Assembly (NCBI GenBank): GCA_964543385.1
Contig: CAZIYE010000001.1
Location: forward strand, 630,001-662,000
Reading direction: 5' to 3'
DNA: 32,000 bases
From: an uncultured Candidatus Saccharibacteria bacterium
GTDB taxonomy: Bacteria > Patescibacteriota > UBA1384 > XYA2-FULL-43-10 > 1-14-0-10-43-13
This document shows, piece by piece, positions 28,909 to 32,000 of this stretch. Position 1 is the stretch's first letter; each line of letters starts with the position of its first letter. The notes under the pieces are model-generated. The model made no database searches. It was not told the origin of the DNA and saw only the letters and a program-made list of their open reading frames with translations. Position numbers and translations under genes: made by a program.

Positions 28909-29142
28909 TTAGACGTTTGCGGCCTCGTCGCTGTAGAGCTCCTCGAGACGGCGGACACGCTGCGCTTCGCGTTCGATTTGATCGAGACGGATGAACTCAA
29001 GCCAAGCACGGTCTTCGGCTTCGGTCATTGGTTCGTCGAATTCGTATTTATCGTCTTTCGCCGGAAAGTCGATAAATACGTCGAAGTCAGAGAACCCAGG
29101 GGTGTCACTGTCATTTCCGAATCCATAACCATCGTATTGCAT
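28909..29142 (-). CDS. Small acidic hypothetical protein, GC-rich relative to neighbours
   Basis: 77 aa with SD (AAGGAG) upstream; MQYDGYGFGNDSDTPGFSDFDVFIDFPAKDDKYEF. Confidence 0.55.
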   Translation of the reverse strand: MQYDGYGFGNDSDTPGFSDFDVFIDFPAKDDKYEFDEPMTEAEDRAWLEFIRLDQIEREAQRVRRLEELYSDEAANV

Positions 29143-29216
29143 GAGGGTCTCCTTACGGGATTTGGTATGATAAAATTACACTAAAGTGTAGAAAATAGCA
29201 ATAAATTAGGGGCATT

Positions 29217-29774
29217 ATGGAAAATAATATAGATAAGGCAAAAGATTATTTCTTTTAAACGATGGAAGAAGCCAAGGATGATCCGTGGCATTTGGTTGGT
29301 CATGTTCCCGAAGCAGTTAAGTGGACAGAGAAAATTATTTCCAAATATCCCGCAGCCGATAGGGAAGTTGCTTTAATTTCTGTTTGGCTTCACGATTCAG
29401 CTCATTATGAAGGCGATTGGGAAGTTGATCATGCAGTCAAAAGCGAAAATAAGGCAAGAAAATTTCTTCAAGAATTAGGTCCAACTAAAGATAAAATAGA
29501 TAAGATATGTCACTGCATCCGAGCACATCGCTGCAGGGATGTTTTGCCGCAAACCATTGAGGCAAAAATAGTGGCTTGTGCTGATTCGGCTAGCCATATG
29601 ACAGATATTCTCTATATAGATATGATAAAGAACGACAAGACACAATACGCACTCGAGAAATTAGAACGTGATTACCGTGATCTTTCCGCTTTTCCTGACG
29701 TAAAAAATAACCTCGCTCCTGTTTATGAAGCCTGGAAAAGATTAATAATAAGTCTGGCTGATATCAATATCTAA
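29217..29774 (+). CDS. HD-domain phosphohydrolase, 5' end interrupted by in-frame TAA (intact ORF from 29262)
   Basis: WLHDSAHYEGDW, HCIRAHR, ADSASHM. In-frame ATG 29217 with SD TAGGGG gives MENNIDKAKDYFF-stop-TMEEAKDDPWHLVGH. Confidence 0.75.
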
Positions 29775-29793
29775 GAATTTTTGTTGGGGGGAT

Positions 29794-29823
29794 GCCAACC
29801 CAACGGATTACCGGAGGGTTGGC
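29794..29823. terminator. Hairpin 3' of the minus-strand ORF 29832-30170
   Basis: GCCAACCC ... GGGTTGGC. Confidence 0.6.
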
Positions 29824-29831
29824 GTGCGTGC

Positions 29832-30170
29832 TTAGCGCCATGTGAGAATGCTGCTTGATAACTCGCGGTATGATTGTGCAGTGGTGTTTGTCGGTCTACC
29901 GCAGGTTATCACGATCTTTCCTTTGAAGGACTTAAAGATCGCAGTAATCGCTGCCGTGGCGGCAGGGTTGTCGCCAATCTCGCAGAGATGGGCGTTGAGG
30001 ATGATGCGGTCGATCTGCTCATGATTCTCCTCGAGCAGATATAGCGCATCGATTGGGGAGGTGGCAGGCATCAATTCCATGTTATTGCCTTGAATGCTCC
30101 GGTCGTCTCTGATTTCTGATTCATATTCCAGAACCAGAATGGCTTTGTTAGCTTTATTCTTTTCATTCAT
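29832..30170 (-). CDS. Small hypothetical protein, possibly receiver-like alpha/beta fold; GC-rich relative to neighbours
   Basis: ILVLEYESEIRD...ATSPIDALYLLEENHEQIDRIILNAHL...KGKIVITCGR. Confidence 0.55.
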   Translation of the reverse strand: MNEKNKANKAILVLEYESEIRDDRSIQGNNMELMPATSPIDALYLLEENHEQIDRIILNAHLCEIGDNPAATAAITAIFKSFKGKIVITCGRPTNTTAQSYRELSSSILTWR

Positions 30171-30363
30171 CAGATGGGGGTTCCTTTCAAATGTGATTCT
30201 GCTAACTAGTCGTAGTTTATAAAATCAGATCGATTCAGAGTAGGTAGAAAAACACAAAAATATAGCCAATTTAGTAATTTTTTGTAATTTTTCATAAAAT
30301 AAATATTTTATCGTAATCTCAGTCATTTTTGATCGGTTCTTACTTTTAGGATAGTATTATTAC

Positions 30364-30930
30364 ATGACTTACAAAACACATAAAACGGTAGCGCTTTTGG
30401 CATCATCGGTGTTATTTATCCATGTACATAAAATTGAACTAACTGTCCCAATGATTCTATTGCTAGCTATAATAACGGTCTTGGGATCTAGCGTCCCAGA
30501 TCTAGATACGCCATCTGGCAAAGTTTGGAGTAAAATTCCAGCGGGATCTCTTATCGGCCGCATAATAAACCCTATCTTTATAGGTGGGCATCGTCATCTT
30601 TCTCACTCAATATTGGGTTTTGGCATTTTTATTGCTCTGTTTGGCCTATTAATAAAACTATTACCTCAATATCCTATGCTTAGTAATCTACACTCCGCTG
30701 ATTTAATGCTAGCTTTTTCGGCTGGCTATCTTTCTCATATATTTGCTGACTTGTTTACTGAAGCTGGCGTACCTCTACTCTTTCCAATGGGTTATCACTT
30801 TGGTATTCCACCGGATCCTTTTAAAAGAGTTAGAATAAAAACAGGCAGGTGGTTTGAAAACTTAGTTATTTATCCTGCTGTAAATATTGCATTGATTGTG
30901 ATAATTTATGACTATCTTAAAAATAGGTAG
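30364..30930 (+). CDS. Membrane-bound metal-dependent hydrolase (YdjM/DUF457-like)
   Basis: MTYKTHKTVA...GSSVPDLDTP...GGHRHLSHSILG...YLSHIFADLFTEAGVPLLFP. Confidence 0.88.
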   Translation: MTYKTHKTVALLASSVLFIHVHKIELTVPMILLLAIITVLGSSVPDLDTPSGKVWSKIPAGSLIGRIINPIFIGGHRHLSHSILGFGIFIALFGLLIKLLPQYPMLSNLHSADLMLAFSAGYLSHIFADLFTEAGVPLLFPMGYHFGIPPDPFKRVRIKTGRWFENLVIYPAVNIALIVIIYDYLKNR

Positions 30931-30936
30931 GTAAAT

Positions 30937-31680
30937 ATGATTTGGCTATATTCAATTGTTAGCGTTTGTATTGTTTCTTCCGTTTCTCTGATAGGGATTT
31001 TTGCATTAGTCTTAAACCAAAAATTTTTAAATAAAATACTACTTTTTTTGGTTGCTTTCTCTGCAGGAGGCTTACTTGGAGACGCCTTTATTCATCTTTT
31101 GCCAGAGAGTATAGAGAAAAGTGGTCTAAACCTTTTTGTTGCCCTATCGGTTCTCTCCGGTATTATCATCTTCTTCATACTAGAAAAATTTTTGCGTTGG
31201 CGGCATTGTCATGATGTGAGCTGTAATGGCCATGCGCATCATCTTGGTACTATCAATCTTATTAGTGACGGGGTGCACAATTTTATTGATGGTTTATTGA
31301 TAGGGGCAAGCTTTATGGTTTCAATTCCGCTTGGCGTTACTACAACTCTAGCTGTGGTTTTGCATGAAATACCACAGGAACTTGGTAATTTTAGCGTGTT
31401 ATTGCATTCAGGCTATACCATAAAGAAGGCACTATTTTACAATTTTGTTTCGGCACTTACTGCTATTGTTGGTGTTGTCATTGTTCTTCTGGTAGGGGAA
31501 AGAGTGATGGCATTTAGCGATTTTATGATTCCTTTCACAGTCGGTACATTTATGTATATCTCCCTTTCGGATCTTATTCCTGAATTGCACAAGGAGATGG
31601 GGCGGAAGAAGTCGCTTTTGCAATTAGCGTCATTCGTTTTAGGTATCGGGTTGATGGCGGCTCTCTTGCTCAACGAATAG
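30937..31680 (+). CDS. ZIP family metal transporter
   Basis: AGGLLGDAFIHLLPES; DGVHNFIDGLLIGASFMVS; LHEIPQELGNFSVLLHSG. Confidence 0.92.
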   Translation: MIWLYSIVSVCIVSSVSLIGIFALVLNQKFLNKILLFLVAFSAGGLLGDAFIHLLPESIEKSGLNLFVALSVLSGIIIFFILEKFLRWRHCHDVSCNGHAHHLGTINLISDGVHNFIDGLLIGASFMVSIPLGVTTTLAVVLHEIPQELGNFSVLLHSGYTIKKALFYNFVSALTAIVGVVIVLLVGERVMAFSDFMIPFTVGTFMYISLSDLIPELHKEMGRKKSLLQLASFVLGIGLMAALLLNE

Positions 31681-31852
31681 TAAAAATATTGTAGATTTTT
31701 TAAAAAAAAGAGTGTAGAGTTAGAGCTGCAAGAGTGGTCGACCTTGCAGATTATATGACATAATTTGGATAGATTTAAATTAGGGTGCGTTCTGGTTCAT
31801 GCTAATTTGCTAAAATTTGGCTTTTGCGACTAATTTAATCTAAAGAAAAAAT

Positions 31853-32000
31853 GGATCAAGATAACAAGCATGAGGACTTTGCACCTGCAAAGCCCAATCA
31901 AAAGCTTTTCATTGGCGGGTTAGCATGGGCTGCAACCGATGAGGATCTAAAGAAGGCTTTCGAACCTTTTGGTGAGGTTGTAGCTGCTTCTGTTGTTCGA
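31853..32000 (+). CDS. RNA-binding protein (RRM), 3' truncated by window end
   Basis: KLFIGGLAWAATDEDLKKAFEPFGEVVAASVVR (RNP2 and helix 1). Confidence 0.9.

Noticed and set aside
28693-29184. ORFs 28693-28902 (-) and 28978-29184 (+)
   Set aside because: The first runs through the terminator hairpin and the Nudix 3' end; the second is antisense to the better-supported 28909-29142 ORF with its own SD.
1-32000. UGA recoding (genetic code 25 as in some CPR lineages)
   Set aside because: TGA functions as a terminator at the expected ends of conserved genes (e.g. the TauE/SafE fusion at 8243), and conserved proteins show no in-frame TGA.
1-32000. CRISPR array or defence island
   Set aside because: No regularly spaced direct repeats and no Cas, restriction, toxin-antitoxin or phage proteins recognised. 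The repeats at 11.6-15.7 kb are spaced irregularly by genes.

Overview
AT-rich bacterial chromosomal window, probably from a reduced-genome, anaerobic, Patescibacteria/CPR-like organism (lineage is inference from gene content). From left to right: the 3' end of dnaG and rpoD (macromolecular synthesis operon); an SDR oxidoreductase; an ABC-2 exporter pair; a Nudix-like protein; desulfoferrodoxin and a DUF5661-like protein; a CsoR - HMA/TauE-SafE/cupredoxin - CopA copper operon with a clean palindromic operator; a cold-shock protein; several membrane or unknown proteins; a Nudix hydrolase; one tRNA-Asn(GTT); a GIY-YIG protein; an ArsR-like regulator with operator next to Glu/Leu/Phe/Val dehydrogenase; two tandem surface-anchored paralogs; a Cys-rich four-helix copper-binding protein; a fasciclin protein; a DUF456 protein; an unusual guanylate kinase-TM-HExxH metallopeptidase fusion; nrdD with two upstream NrdR-box-like palindromes, then nrdG; a DUF318-type permease; another Nudix; an HD hydrolase with an apparent in-frame stop in its 5' end; a YdjM-like hydrolase; a ZIP transporter; and the start of an RRM protein. 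Most notable: (1) the guanylate kinase/membrane/metallopeptidase fusion ORF; (2) four small, clearly GC-richer, minus-strand ORFans at 27.4-30.2 kb, each with a GC-rich hairpin at its 3' end, which look like independent cassettes; (3) a repeated intergenic unit at 11.6-15.7 kb made of a terminator hairpin plus a tRNA-3'-end-like tail; (4) the UAA-interrupted HD gene; (5) an ArsR-type switch directly upstream of glutamate dehydrogenase. No CRISPR array, rRNA or recognisable phage/transposon was found. TGA is used as a stop, so there is no sign of code 25.
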